DNA of 64,000 nt from Tubulanus polymorphus (Eukaryota > Animalia > Nemertea): contig NC_134027.1 of NCBI RefSeq assembly GCF_964204645.1, positions 17,136,560 through 17,200,559 of the forward strand, written 5' to 3'. Below are positions 1-11,653 of the stretch, in pieces (position 1 is the stretch's first letter; each line of letters starts with the position of its first letter). The position numbers and the translations under genes are program-made. The notes beneath the pieces were generated by a model that saw only the letters and a list, made by a program, of their open reading frames with translations, had not been told where the DNA came from and did not search any database.

Positions 1-489
1 GTTGAAAATTAGAAGAGATGATAAATTTTTAATTAGATTTATAAAAAGTGATAGCACAAATAAAATTAAAATAAAGGTATGTGATGAATGTCAAAATGCA
101 TTTATGGCACAAAAAAACCATTAGCTAAATTGCTAGGAATTGCACCAGATACTGTTACAGGAAACATATACGGTAATTCAAATATAATGCCTTTTACACA
201 CTTTTATATTTATTGCAGTTTAATTGATCCTACAAAAACATTTGAAGCAACTAAAGATACAATTTGTAATTCTAGTATATTAAATATTTTACCATTAAAA
301 AATGTTAAACAATTTGGAACTCAAATAAATTGTAATATAGCTGGGTGTGATTTTAAACCTTTTATTCCAAAATTTAATAATTGTAACTTAGAAGTAAGAA
401 ATCATAATGGATACTTAATTGATTTAAATAACTTTCCTGTAATTTATGAATTAGTTATAAGATGTAGAGAGTACTTTTCCCCTATATAA
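1..489 (+). pseudogene. Minor capsid (penton-like) protein, C-terminal part
   Basis: THFYIYCSLIDP...LEVRNHNGYLIDLNNFPVIYELVIR, paralog of 20379-21149; frameshift near 110. Confidence 0.7.
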
Positions 490-830
490 ATAAATATAAC
501 AGTAGGACCGAGTATATGTTTTGGATTTGATTTTAAACGTGAGAAAGAAATGAGAATTAAACTAGATGATGTAATTACTGATATAAAAAGTAAATCATTT
601 AACAATGCATCAATGATTAATAAAGGAAATTATAATATACAAAAAGTAATTGGTTCAATCGAAACACCTTTAGAATATTATGAATTAAATGAAGATGGAA
701 TTACGATGATATTAAAAATATATTATCTCACATATATGATAATCATAAAAGTAGTAATGAAATAAATGTTGAAATAATTATAACTAAGATAACTAAATAT
801 TTTGAAGATGGTAATTTTTTTGATTAATAA

Positions 831-1052
831 ATGAGTGATAATAAGTGGATGATAAATGGATTATATAATGGAGCATTATTATCAGTAGGAACTGTTGGAT
901 ATACAATAGTATTAAAAAAAGTATTCAAAATGGGAAGTATTAATGTTGATAAATTTGGTATCAATGATATCTTAAAATTAACGTTAGCAGTTACTTTATC
1001 TAATTTAACAATTGATTATTTAGAAAAACAAAAATATATTCCTCCTATATAA
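831..1052 (+). CDS. 73-aa hydrophobic Polinton protein
   Basis: Intact ORF, same length and high identity to 21494-21715, starts at TAAATG. Confidence 0.75.
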   Translation: MSDNKWMINGLYNGALLSVGTVGYTIVLKKVFKMGSINVDKFGINDILKLTLAVTLSNLTIDYLEKQKYIPPI

Positions 1053-1076
1053 ATGCGTAATTTTTTTACAAAATAA

Positions 1077-1850
1077 ATGGCATCTGCAATTATAGGATCG
1101 GCAATTGTTAACGCTTTAGCATTTACTGGCGGGGGATATTCATTCAAACGCAGAAAAAAGAAGACATAACTTAGCATTAGAGAAATATAATAAAGCTGCA
1201 GAAGAATATAGAGAAAAAAAACAAAACTATATGGATTATATTAACAAAGAATTATATGATCAGAAAATTTCACATTAAGATTTTCAATCAGTTGATGAAG
1301 CTAGGAGTTTATATAACGCAGTAACAAATAAAGAAATATTACATCTATATAAACCTAAATTATCAGATTATTAGACCCCAAGTAGTAAACAGAAGAAATA
1401 TGAAATAATTTGGATTTTAGGTGGAACAGTTGTTGTTATATTTGTAGCATATAAATTTACTAATTAATTACATATTATTTTTTGTTAAATAAATGGATGG
1501 TAAAATTGATGGTGTTAATATTATTCCTCATGATATAAATAAACCAAAATTAGAATTTTTTTATTATTAGTGGTTCAGTTACAATTAGTTCGGTGATTAC
1601 ATCTCTAGCAATAGAGCAACATCTCAGTCCATTAACACCATTAGCTATATCAATTTGTGTGTTAGGATAAAGTTCAAGAGTTTTAACTGGAATAAGTTCA
1701 AAATTGAATATAAAATGTAATAAGAAAAAATAAAATCTAATAAAAATGAAATTAATAAATTAAAAAATACACTAGATTATATAATAAGTTTAAATGGAAA
1801 TATAACAATTCAAGAGCAGGATAAATTATTGCTAGAATTAATAAATTATT
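1077..1850 (+). pseudogene. Two decayed small membrane-protein genes
   Basis: Homologous to 21740-22158 and 22183-22605, with deletions and stops. Confidence 0.7.
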
Positions 1851-1868
1851 AATTTTTTTATTATATAA

Positions 1869-3025
1869 ATGGCGGATAGTTTACCAAAAGCTTTCCAATA
1901 TAATAAATCAATTAAATATAATATTCCGGCAATAGATTTTAATAAAGATATTTCATATAGAAGTGCAGTTTTAGATTCACTTATTAATTTAGATATTTAT
2001 GTTACTGAAACTAATAATTCTAATGTTAAGATGGAAAATATATTCAATATTTACGTAATTAATTTTGAAAATTTAAATGAGGCAAAAAATGGTTATTAAA
2101 ATCTAATATGAAGTATTGGCAGAACCAATTAAATTTTGCAGTTTATTGTGCAACAACAGGGTGTGGTATTTGTTGGAATGATCATTTAAATAAACAAAGT
2201 TTACCATTGATATTATCACTTTTTAGATTTCATCCATATTTTCAAATAAAATTAATATTAAATGAATTAGAGTGCCCTTTACCAGGTTCAAAATATTTTA
2301 ATGAACTAAATAATAATATTACTTTTTCTAAGTTTTATAAAATATGTAATGAATTTAATATTAATTCAAAATATGACTTTAGAGCAAAAATTGGTACAAT
2401 GGGTGGATTAGGAATATTATATACTAAAGAATTTGGTAAAATAATAACAAATACAGATTTAAGAACACTAAATTGGAATGAATTACCAAAATTTTATAAT
2501 AATATACAACAACATAATAATAATGGATGGATTAATTTCATTTTAGAAAATAGTGAAGGTTTTACTAAAGCTGGAATACAGAGAATGAATCAATCTATTC
2601 GAATATATTTAATTTCTTTTTTAGGTGCACAAGTTGAAACAAGATCCCCAATATTTGGAAATGATAATACTTTATTTGACGCGCAGAAACAATGTAAAGT
2701 TTTATTTGAAGATTCTATTCATAATGATAATAATAGATCAATTCCAGAAAATATAGTCAGGTACCAAAATTATTTAGATAAATCACATATTAGATTAAAT
2801 TATTGTATAGGCCCTTATTTGTTAATTATTTCTAATGATTTGATATCAAAAGATGGGAAATATAATTGGTTATAATAATTTAATTAAAACTGCAACAACA
2901 AATAATTCATTCGGATTAAATGACATAAATAAAAAGATTATCACTGCTCCAAAACTAATGGAAGGTGAAAAAATTAAAAAACATATTCAATCAACAGAAG
3001 CTAAAACAAAGAATATCAAATTAAA
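1869..3025 (+). pseudogene. Conserved unknown Polinton protein (WQNQLNFAVYCATTGCG family); C-terminus at 8538-8703
   Basis: Three frameshifted ORFs matching 22625-23955. Confidence 0.8.
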
Positions 3026-3059
3026 ATATAGCTGCAAAGCAGCGATAACGGGTTTTCTG

Positions 3060-3400
3060 CACAGTCTTAGAATCCTGTTCAACGGTGGATTTCAACAAAG
3101 CATTTGATAAGGCTCAACATCAGCCATTACTGAACAGGCTATTAGGAAACATTATCAATGATAGGTCGCCCAAATGGCACAGCAGTTATCTCTGAACGGA
3201 AACTTGTAACCAAAATCAACGGAACGCCTCATCTTGGAATGAGACGGTCTAACTAGTGGAGTCACGCAAGGTAGTATCCTAAGTCGTCTTCTGTTTAATG
3301 TCCTGACAAATGACATACACAGTAATCCAAAATATACCAGACCGAGTAAATTTTCAAAACAACCTTAACACACTGTTCGACCAAAAACTTAATGTTCCGA
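3060..3400 (+). pseudogene. Degenerate LINE reverse-transcriptase fragment carried in the Helentron-like element
   Basis: Translates to VDFNKAFDK and SGVTQGSILSRLLFNVLTND (RT motifs); repeated at ~52050-52395. Confidence 0.7.
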
Positions 3401-3409
3401 CAAAACCAC

Positions 3410-3642
3410 GGGCGACAAAACCAAAATTATGAATTGTCGCGTGTGAGAAAACCAAAATATTGAATTGTCACGGGGGAAAAAACAAAAATAATGAATTGTC
3501 GCGGGCATTAAAACCAAAATATTGAATTGTTGCGGGCGATAAAACCAAAATAATGAATTGTCGCAGACGACAAAAACAAACTATTGAATTGTTGCGTGTG
3601 ACAAAACCAAAATAATGAATTGTCGCGGGCAACAAAACCAAA
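3410..3642. repeat. 31-bp minisatellite (AAAACCAAAATAATGAATTGTCGCGGGCGAC)
   Basis: Tandem units visible directly. Confidence 0.95.
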
Positions 3643-4791
3643 CTAGGGGTCCAGGGACACCATGCTCACTTGGGCAGTGGTTTCAAATGCTCAACAATCT
3701 AACAATTTCAATACATAACGCCCTCTAGTGACCATATACAAAAACCAATGACCTTGAAACCCACCACAATCATAGAACATGTGAGCAGCTATGATTTTGT
3801 AATTGATTGTGATAACAAAATATGCCTCGTTACCAATTTAATATGGAAATACTAAGTTATTCTACTATTCAACGCCCCCTGGTGACCATATGCAAAACCC
3901 AATGACCTTAAAACTCACCACAATCGTAGTACATGTCATGAAATACAACTTTGCAATTGATCATAGTAACAAAATATGCCTAGGTACCAATCTAATAAGG
4001 AAATACTAAGCCATTCTACTATTCAGCGCCCCCTGGTGACTATATGGAATAACTAATGTCCTTAAAATCTCACCACAATCATTGACGATGTCATGAATTA
4101 CAACTTTGCAATGGATCATGGTAACAAACTATGCCTAGGTACCAATCTAATAAGGAAAAACTAAGCTTTTCTACTATTCAACGCCCCCTGGTGACTATAT
4201 GGAATAACTAATGTCCTTAAAAACTCACCACAATCATAGACGATGTCATGATCTACAACTTTGCCATCGATCATGGTAACAAAGTATGCCTTGGTACAAA
4301 TATAATATAGCGATACTAAGTTATTGTATTATTCAACGCCCCCTGATGGCCACATACAAAAACCAATGACCTTGAAACTCACCAAAATCATAGAACACGT
4401 TATGGGCTACAACTTTCCAATTAAATATAGTAACACAATATGCTTAGGTATCAATTAATTGTGGAAAAACTTTTTCCCACCTACGAATGAGTACTGATGA
4501 CACCAAGATGGCCGCCAATTGCGTCATAATTGGCTGATCAAAAATACCTGTCCCAGGTATAAAACATCCCTCTCTAAAGAATATCCATCAGCAATTGCAA
4601 TGAGAAATGGCAAACCAGTAGGAAGCTACAGGACCTAGCATTCTGGCCAAAATTGACATTTTTGGGCACTAAAAAGGTCATAGGACGGCCATCTTGAGTC
4701 AGATCGACCCAATTTTCTTATGCTGATGGCCCTTTGGTAGATTCAAATATAAACGAAAGATCAAGGTAATTGATCAAAGAGTCTTCAAAAT
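3643..4791 (-). mobile_element. Nested Pearl/HINE-like element with ~155-bp core tandem repeats (truncated)
   Basis: About 5 units of ~155 bp (ATTCAACGCCCCCTGGTGAC...) at 3710-4470; more complete copy at 53453-54708. Confidence 0.65.
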
Positions 4792-4796
4792 TTTCT

Positions 4797-5530
4797 TCGG
4801 GCGACAAAACCAAAATAATGAATTATCGCGGGCGATAAAACCAAAATATTGAATTGTCGCCGGCGACAAAACCAAAAAAAAATTGTCGCGGGCGACAAAA
4901 ACAAAATATAAAACCAAAATAATGAATTGTCGTGGGCGATAAAACCAAAATGTTGAATTGTCGCGGGCGACAAAACCAAACTAATGAATTGTCGCGGGCG
5001 ACAAAACCAAAAAAAGAATTGTGGGGGCGACAAAACAAAAATAATGAATTGTCGCGGGCGACAAAACCAAAATGGTGAATTGTCCAGGCGACAAAACCAA
5101 AATGGTGAATTGTCGCGGGCGACAAAACCAAAATAATGAATTGTCGCGGGCGATAAAACCAAAATAATGAATTATCGCGGGCGATAAAACCAAAATATTG
5201 AATTGTCGCGGGCGACAAAACCAAACTAATGAATTGTCGCGGGCGATAAAACCAAAATAATGAATTGTCGTGGGCGATAAAACCAAAATATTGAATTGTC
5301 GTAGGCGCCAAATCCAAAAAATGAATTGTCGCGGGCGATAAAACCAAAATCTTGAATTGTCGCCATTGTCGTGTGCGACAAAACCAAAATAATGAATTGT
5401 CGCGGGCGATAAAACCAAAATAATGAATTGTCGCGGGCGATAAAACCAAAATATTGAATTGTCGCGGGCGACAAAACCAAAATATTGTTTTGTCGCGGGT
5501 GACAAAACCAAATTAATGAATTGTCGCGGG
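4797..5530. repeat. 31-bp minisatellite array
   Basis: Period 31 (e.g. CGCGGGCGA at 5401 and 5432). Confidence 0.95.
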
Positions 5531-6047
5531 TAGGCCTAAAGCCGCGTCAAACTCGATAAACACTTCAAGCGACACAGCGAACCTTTTTGAATATCTACCT
5601 CGTCGATTTCGGCTCGCCCTCCAAGAACTACGGAAGTTAAAGACTATTAAAATATCTAAGGCTGATAAAGGTGGCAAGATTGTGATTTTAGATCTGGATA
5701 ATTATAATGTTAAAATGCAATCTCTCTTGGCTAATCCTGGTGTTTATAAGAAACTTAAATCGAATCCTCTTCCTCGTATGCAAGCTAATTTCAACAGAAG
5801 TCTTTCGGATATTATTAAACGTTTCCCCTCCGCTAAAGAAACTCTGAATAAGTTCCATTCACGTCTTCCCTCTTTACCATATATCTATGGATTGCCTTAA
5901 ATTCATAAAGATAATGTTCCACTGTGCCCTATAGTCTCCAATTGTAATTCTCCTACATACCGGTTATCTAAATTTCACTTACTTGAACGTATTAAGAATA
6001 TTATCCCTGGCAACGACAAATTCATATCATTTGATGTTACTTCCCTT

Positions 6048-7253
6048 TTGACCAATGTTCCTCTTGGACCTACTCTTGATTTCTTAAAACGCAGATTACC
6101 ATCACTTAACATTAACTTCGGCATTCCTACGGATTGTATCATCGACCTTATCTCTATTTGTACGACGGACTCCTTTTTTGAATTCAACAATTGTTTTTAC
6201 GAACAGACATTCGGTATCGCTATGGGAAATCCTCTTAGTCCTATTCTAGCTAATTTATTCCTAGAACATGTTGAATCTGAAATATTGCCTCTTTACACTG
6301 ATATTCACCCTAAAATCTGGCTCAGATATGTTGACGATGTTCTGGCTTTGGTTCCCTTTGACTTCAATGTTGATAACTTTCTTATATATTTAAACTCCCT
6401 TTACCCGTCTCTGGCTTTTACGCATGAATGGGAATCTAATAGTAAAATACCTTTTCTGGATGTTTTGATTTTTAACTGTGGATCCTTTTTGAAATTCGCG
6501 GTTTATAGGAAACCTACCAACGCTGAATCCTACCTCCATTACTTCTCTTTTACTTCTCCGGATATTAAACTCGGTTTAGCTCAAGGATTATTTCTTCGCG
6601 CTTTGAGAATTTGCGACCCCTCATTTCTACCCGATGAAATTCACCATATTAACCAATCCCTCAAAAAACTTGCCTACCCCGATTTCCTATTGAAAAAAGC
6701 TCTACTTAAAGCTCGTACTACGCATTTTAGAAATAACAACCTTAGAACTCCTACGTTGGCTACCGATAAACAGCCTATCATTGTACCGTATGTACCTTTC
6801 CTCGAGAATTCTAAAGTTTCTCTTCGGTCACTAAATAAACAACTTATCTTTAAATACAATAATAAACTTAGTAACATATTGATTAACAACAAACCGAAAA
6901 CCGAATCCCTAAACTGTGGAATTTATAAAATACCTTGTAAAGTTTGCGACAAAGTATATATAGGAGAAACAGGTCGGAATCTTAATCAACGCATAAAAGA
7001 GCATAAATTAGATGTAAAAAACTTTAAACCTGAAAGCGGAGTTGCTAGTCATGTTTTTCAGACTTCACACAATTTTGATTTTGCTAATGCTGAATTAGTT
7101 TACCCTTGCAGCGATAAAACTAGAAGACATATTTTGGAATCTGCATTAATTATTGAAAATTCGAACAACGCTGTAAACCTTAACAATGGTTTTTCACCCC
7201 ATAATAAACTTATATCAAAATTCCTCTGTAAACTGGTTAAACTCAACACTTGA
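6048..7253 (+). CDS. Penelope RT (C-terminal part) plus GIY-YIG endonuclease; upstream part 5540-6047 disrupted
   Basis: YVDD; GIYKIPCKVCDKVYIGETGR; stop at 5898-5900 upstream. Confidence 0.9.
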   Translation: MTNVPLGPTLDFLKRRLPSLNINFGIPTDCIIDLISICTTDSFFEFNNCFYEQTFGIAMGNPLSPILANLFLEHVESEILPLYTDIHPKIWLRYVDDVLALVPFDFNVDNFLIYLNSLYPSLAFTHEWESNSKIPFLDVLIFNCGSFLKFAVYRKPTNAESYLHYFSFTSPDIKLGLAQGLFLRALRICDPSFLPDEIHHINQSLKKLAYPDFLLKKALLKARTTHFRNNNLRTPTLATDKQPIIVPYVPFLENSKVSLRSLNKQLIFKYNNKLSNILINNKPKTESLNCGIYKIPCKVCDKVYIGETGRNLNQRIKEHKLDVKNFKPESGVASHVFQTSHNFDFANAELVYPCSDKTRRHILESALIIENSNNAVNLNNGFSPHNKLISKFLCKLVKLNT

Positions 7254-7562
7254 TTTCCCCCTTGATTATTTGTTATTTGTTCTCTCATCAATTTCGTCTC
7301 TGACTTAACTTGTATTCACCTTTGTTTTAAATTAAGTGCCCCCTAGTTTGTCTTTCTTTTTACTACTGACTTTAAGTTTCATTTATATTTATACTCACTA
7401 TTGTTGTTTATAATCACCCCTTAGTTTGCTTCCCTTTAATCTATTTTAGCGTGTAACTGTTTCTACGTTAATTTTCCTTTAGTTTGTATCATCTCTGATT
7501 ACTTGAATTAGTCTCTCTGTCCCTAGATTGTATATATATCTCATAATTTCTGTAGTATCTCA

Positions 7563-7610
7563 TTATTCCTGAAGATGACTATTAGGATATAGTCGAAACG
7601 TTGAAATAAA
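7563..7610 (+). ncRNA. Minimal hammerhead-ribozyme-like motif in the Penelope 3' region
   Basis: CTGAAGA-T-GACTAT-loop-ATAGTC-GAAACGTT; CUGANGA/GAAA core typical of Penelope pLTRs. Confidence 0.7.
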
Positions 7611-8537
7611 CTACTATCTCGAAGTTTCATTTTCGGACTTTTTATTATCATTGTGGGATTCTCTCCTCATCGCGTCAACACGGATATTGTGTTCTACCTA
7701 TCGTAAGTAATATATTCTTTTATTTTGATACCTCGTCGACATAACTGCTTTTCTCCGCTATATCTCTTCGGCGTGTTTAGTTTAGGCCTACGATTCCCCG
7801 GTACACTAAAGATTTATCTTAGTAAATACACGGTTAATTCGGTAAAGAAAAATAGGTATTGTTATACTAACTCCTTGAAACCTGCAGCCAAATCACTGGT
7901 AGTAATAAATTAATTTGTACTCGATTTGATTCTCATGATGAGGAGAAACTCGCAGCTGATCCCCGGAACGACGATGTAGTAACACACGTCCATTCGTCGA
8001 TGTTTACGGCTCGACAGTGCTTTTAAAATCTAAAGTAGTAAATTTTCAGTGTATCGGTAATATGATTTGATGAGGAAAATGGGCTATTGTTAAAATCACT
8101 GTTTGAAGACCGCGACTGAATTTGAAGTCTGCGGCAATAAATTAGTTCATTTATACTTGAATTGATAATCGAAGTGACAGTCGGCCTGCCGGTTGATTTC
8201 GGGATGACGACTCGAAAAACATGTCGCCCCATTGAATGGGGCTAAATTTTCGATGTCTACGGCCCGACAGCGCTTTTGTAACGATGATTCGTGAAAAAAC
8301 ACGCGGGCTATTTGTAGATCTCAGTGAGCTGAACGATATTATATGGATTGTATATGAAACAGCGGTAAGCTAACAAAGCCTATGTTCTTTTGGTAAAAAT
8401 AGTGTGGAAGAAAATAATAATAATAATAATCACGCGGATATCAATAGGGTTTTCTGTGAAATAACAGAAAACCCTAATAATAAGAAACACGCGAATCTCA
8501 ATAGGGTTTTCTGTGATGTAACAGAAAACCCTAATAA

Positions 8538-9340
8538 TGATTCTAAAATAAAAGATTACAATACTACAGAAAATATAAAAACTGATATTATTGAACATGA
8601 TATAATTAAAACTACTAATGATAATAAATCACATGAAAATGCTAAATTAGCTATAACTTGTATAGGAATTGTAATTGGAGGAATATTATATTTTAAATCT
8701 TAATCTTTTATTATATATTAATGGAAGAAGATATTCCAATGGATACTTTTGGTGACGCCCCTGGTATAAGTGATGAACCACAACCTGATTTTAATGAAAC
8801 TAATATTTATAATGATGCATCAGCATATAATAATAGTTTAAATAATGATGAAGATGATGATCCATCATATAATTCTAGTTTAGCTGATGAAGATGATGGT
8901 GTAATTGATTACGAAACGCGTGAAAAATTTAAAGAATATATGACAGCTCCCGAAAGGGAAGTTATTAAACCCGTAACATTTAGAAAAGATTTAATGAATA
9001 GATTAGTAAATACAACTGATCCTTATTTGATAAGGCAATTATATGGAATGAAACATAGAGTAATAGATACAATTATTAACGAATTATTACCAAAAGATGT
9101 AATAGATAAAGTTGATACAGAAGATATTGTAGATAAGATTTTAGAATATGATCCACATTTCATGAATAATTTAGAATTTAAAAATGATGCATGGCAGGAT
9201 CTACAATTGAACGTTCAAAAGGTGGTTCAGAATTTCTCAGAATTATATGGAATGCACTCAATAGAATAAATGAAGAAGAACCAAATGCTGATATTGATAT
9301 TAACAAATATTCACCATTTAAAAATCCAAATTTAAATCCT
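8538..9340 (+). mobile_element. Polinton-like remnant 1, right part (TM tail of conserved protein; acidic N-terminus of coiled-coil membrane protein 8721-9340)
   Basis: AKLAITCIGIVIGGILYFK and MEEDIPMDTF match 23890-24100. Confidence 0.85.
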
Positions 9341-9344
9341 AAAA

Positions 9345-11084
9345 ATTGTTTTATTTATTTTTATTAAATTGTATTTCATATTCAATTAATAAGTCACAAA
9401 AATGATTGATGTCATTTTCATTGCTATAATCATAATATTCACTTTCAATTAGTTCTGGATAATCAGATTTTATATATAATCCAAAAGCTGCAGCACTTTG
9501 ATGAATCTTTTTAATAGTATTTGTTATTAGAGGATCAAAATAATGAATTATATCATTTCAGAATTTAATTTCTTTCTTTTATGATATATTTCTTTTCTAT
9601 CTTGATCAGTTAATTCTTTATTGAGTGATTCAAAATCTCCATGTATTACAAATGGTACTTTATTTTTGTAATCACATTTTTTGAATTCTAATATCTTATC
9701 TTTTTCATTTGGTAAAATCATTTTACAATAATCATGATTATCACATAATTGTTTATGATTTAATAATGCACTTTCATTACTGAATTTATGTAAACATTTT
9801 CTACATAGATATATTTTACGAGTATAATCATTTTCTGATTTAAAAAAAAAATAAATTTGTTTAATCCACATATAATGATTCTCGTATCATAATATATCTA
9901 TAGCACCATTTGAATCATAATCTTTTGATAGGTATAAAGGTTCTAATGTATAATGTTTTATATTATTACCTTTTGTTTTTGCTAATTTGATTAAAATCAA
10001 ACACATTTATTTTTAGATCTCTTTCTATTTTTGGGATATTTTTAATTCTAACAGGATAGAATTATCTATCTCATAATTATTTTCAAATTGTTTATAATTT
10101 GTTAATCTATAAGTATGTTGATTATAATCTTCAACTGGATGTAAGCAACTTATAATTGACCATAGAAAACATTTATCATCTTCATTTTGTACATTTATAA
10201 CAGCATTAGTTTTAAATGGTAATTTGATATAACTTGATCCATTTATATTATCATCTTTATAATATGATAAATTATTTTCATCAATTGGTTTTGATTAAGG
10301 TAATTTATTATATTTTGTGTTACACGCAAGTAAAGTCATGGATATCATTTCATCAAATATTAAACTTCTTCAAAATATTTCTCTTCTAATTACTTTTTAT
10401 TTCATTATAAAATTTATTCAATTCATCATCTTTATGCTGTTTTGAAATAATATGTTGTGAATGAGAATTTATATTATGTATTGGTTTATCTTCAGATTTT
10501 AAAAATTCAACTTTAGCCGATATACTAATTTTAGGGTATTCAACACCAGTAATTATTTTTATAATATTTTTCATATTTTCTAAATGTTTTTTATTTTCTT
10601 CTAATGTTTTACCTTTATGAAATTTAAATTCAATAGCAGCTGGTCCAATATCACATTTAAATGCTTCGGTTATTTCTATTTCTTTTTTATTATCTAATGA
10701 ATTAATACAATTTCTAACATCTTCCATGTGTGGTCTTTTATTGTTTAATTTATTTCTTATTCTTTTAATTGTCTTCTGTTTCTTATCAATATCTTTATCA
10801 AAATATTCTTCGCCTAAAATATCATTATTAATATTTCTAATATGACTTTTAGATTTTTAAATGTTGTTCATAATATCTTTTTTCATTGATTGATTACATG
10901 TATCACATTTGTATGTTTCTTTTTCATTCTATGATTCTTCTAATTTAGTTTCTAATATATCATATTTATATTCTAATTTCAATTTATTCCCTAAGTGAGA
11001 TTTAGTTTTATTCTGTCTTGCTTTTTGAGATTTATCTATATTGATTTTTCATGTTGGACAGTAGTACTTTTTATTTGCTTCCAT
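9345..11084 (-). pseudogene. polB: pPolB N-terminal half (Zn fingers, OTU-like region, start of exonuclease)
   Basis: MEANKKYYC..., KCFLWS, KVPFVIHGDFES; multiple frameshifts. Confidence 0.85.
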
Positions 11085-11118
11085 TTTAATATCAATTTTT
11101 TTATTAAAATTGATTTTC

Positions 11119-11472
11119 TTATTCGAAATCTATTTCATGGTGCCCTTTTTCATTCTTACCTTTATGTATGAAATAGAAATCACTTGAACATAATTCTTCT
11201 AAATCTTCACTAGATAATCTATGAAATCTATCTAGTAAATATGTTCTGAATTTATATTTATTTCGTTTTAATCCTTCATATTCTATGTGGATAACTAATT
11301 TATCTCCATGATTATTAGTAACTGTATCAATATTTGTAATTAGATATTTCTTATGAATTGTTAGTTCAGTTAACTTCTTAAATTTATAATCTCCAGATTT
11401 GACATTTGTAATATCTTTGATTCTATCTAGAAATGATTTGTTGTTCTCACTGTGTGCTTGTTTACTCTCCAT
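11119..11472 (-). CDS. 117-aa Polinton protein (possibly OB-fold/ssDNA-binding-like)
   Basis: Intact, highly similar to 20011-20361; the fold is a guess from the beta-strand pattern. Confidence 0.7.
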   Translation of the reverse strand: MESKQAHSENNKSFLDRIKDITNVKSGDYKFKKLTELTIHKKYLITNIDTVTNNHGDKLVIHIEYEGLKRNKYKFRTYLLDRFHRLSSEDLEELCSSDFYFIHKGKNEKGHHEIDFE

Positions 11473-11531
11473 TTTAACAACATATTTTCTATCAAAATTG
11501 ATTTTAGAAGTTATTAGATGAATATTTTAAG

Positions 11532-11653
11532 AGTAATAGGGAATATGTTGTTTCAGGTTAAAGGTTGAAGGGTCGAAAAATATATTCGAGTGTGCGGGAA
11601 TTTATTTTTCGACCCTTCGACCTTTGGCCTGAAACAACATATTCCCAATTACT
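11532..11653. repeat. 122-bp terminal fold-back palindrome of remnant 2
   Basis: AGTAATAGGGAATATGTTGTTTCAGG...CCTGAAACAACATATTCCCAATTACT. Confidence 0.9.

Larger units (their letters stand above)
1..3025 (+). mobile_element. Polinton-like remnant 1, left part (structural/membrane gene block, decayed)
   Basis: Colinear and highly similar to ~20660-23780 of the full-length element; cut at ~3025 by a Helentron-like insertion and resumes at 8538. Confidence 0.9.
5531..7790 (+). mobile_element. Penelope-like retroelement, 5'-truncated
   Basis: KADKG, YGLP*IHK, FDVTSLLTNVP, GIAMGNPLSP, RYVDD RT motifs plus GIY-YIG; TAGGCCTA at 5531-5538 and 7783-7790 may be a TSD. Confidence 0.92.
3025..8537 (-). 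mobile_element. Non-autonomous Helentron-like (HINE/DINE-1/Pearl type) composite element, copy 1
   Basis: GCTGC-AAA-GCAGC hairpin plus subTIR GGGTTTTCTG at 3031-3059; palindromic AGGGTTTTCTG..CAGAAAACCCT at ~8445-8535; inserted in an A-run with no TSD; host ORF rejoins across it; second copy at 52018-57361. Confidence 0.75.
9341..11653 (-). mobile_element. Polinton-like remnant 2: terminus, 117-aa gene and 5' half of pPolB
   Basis: Homology to 16086-17830 and 20011-20361; terminal hairpin ending ATTACT. Confidence 0.9.

Noticed and set aside
3710-4470. ~155-bp repeats as repeat-spacer array
   Set aside because: Whole units are homologous; they are core repeats of a Pearl/HINE-like element
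4785-5511. Overlapping minus-strand ORFs (MVLSPATIHYFGF...), also at 52421-56516
   Set aside because: Translation artefacts of a stop-poor 31-bp tandem repeat, open in all three frames
8404-8703. 99-aa ORF, and similar ORFs 50887-51114, 44888-45094, 2853-3107
   Set aside because: Chance read-through fusions across TE/Polinton junctions
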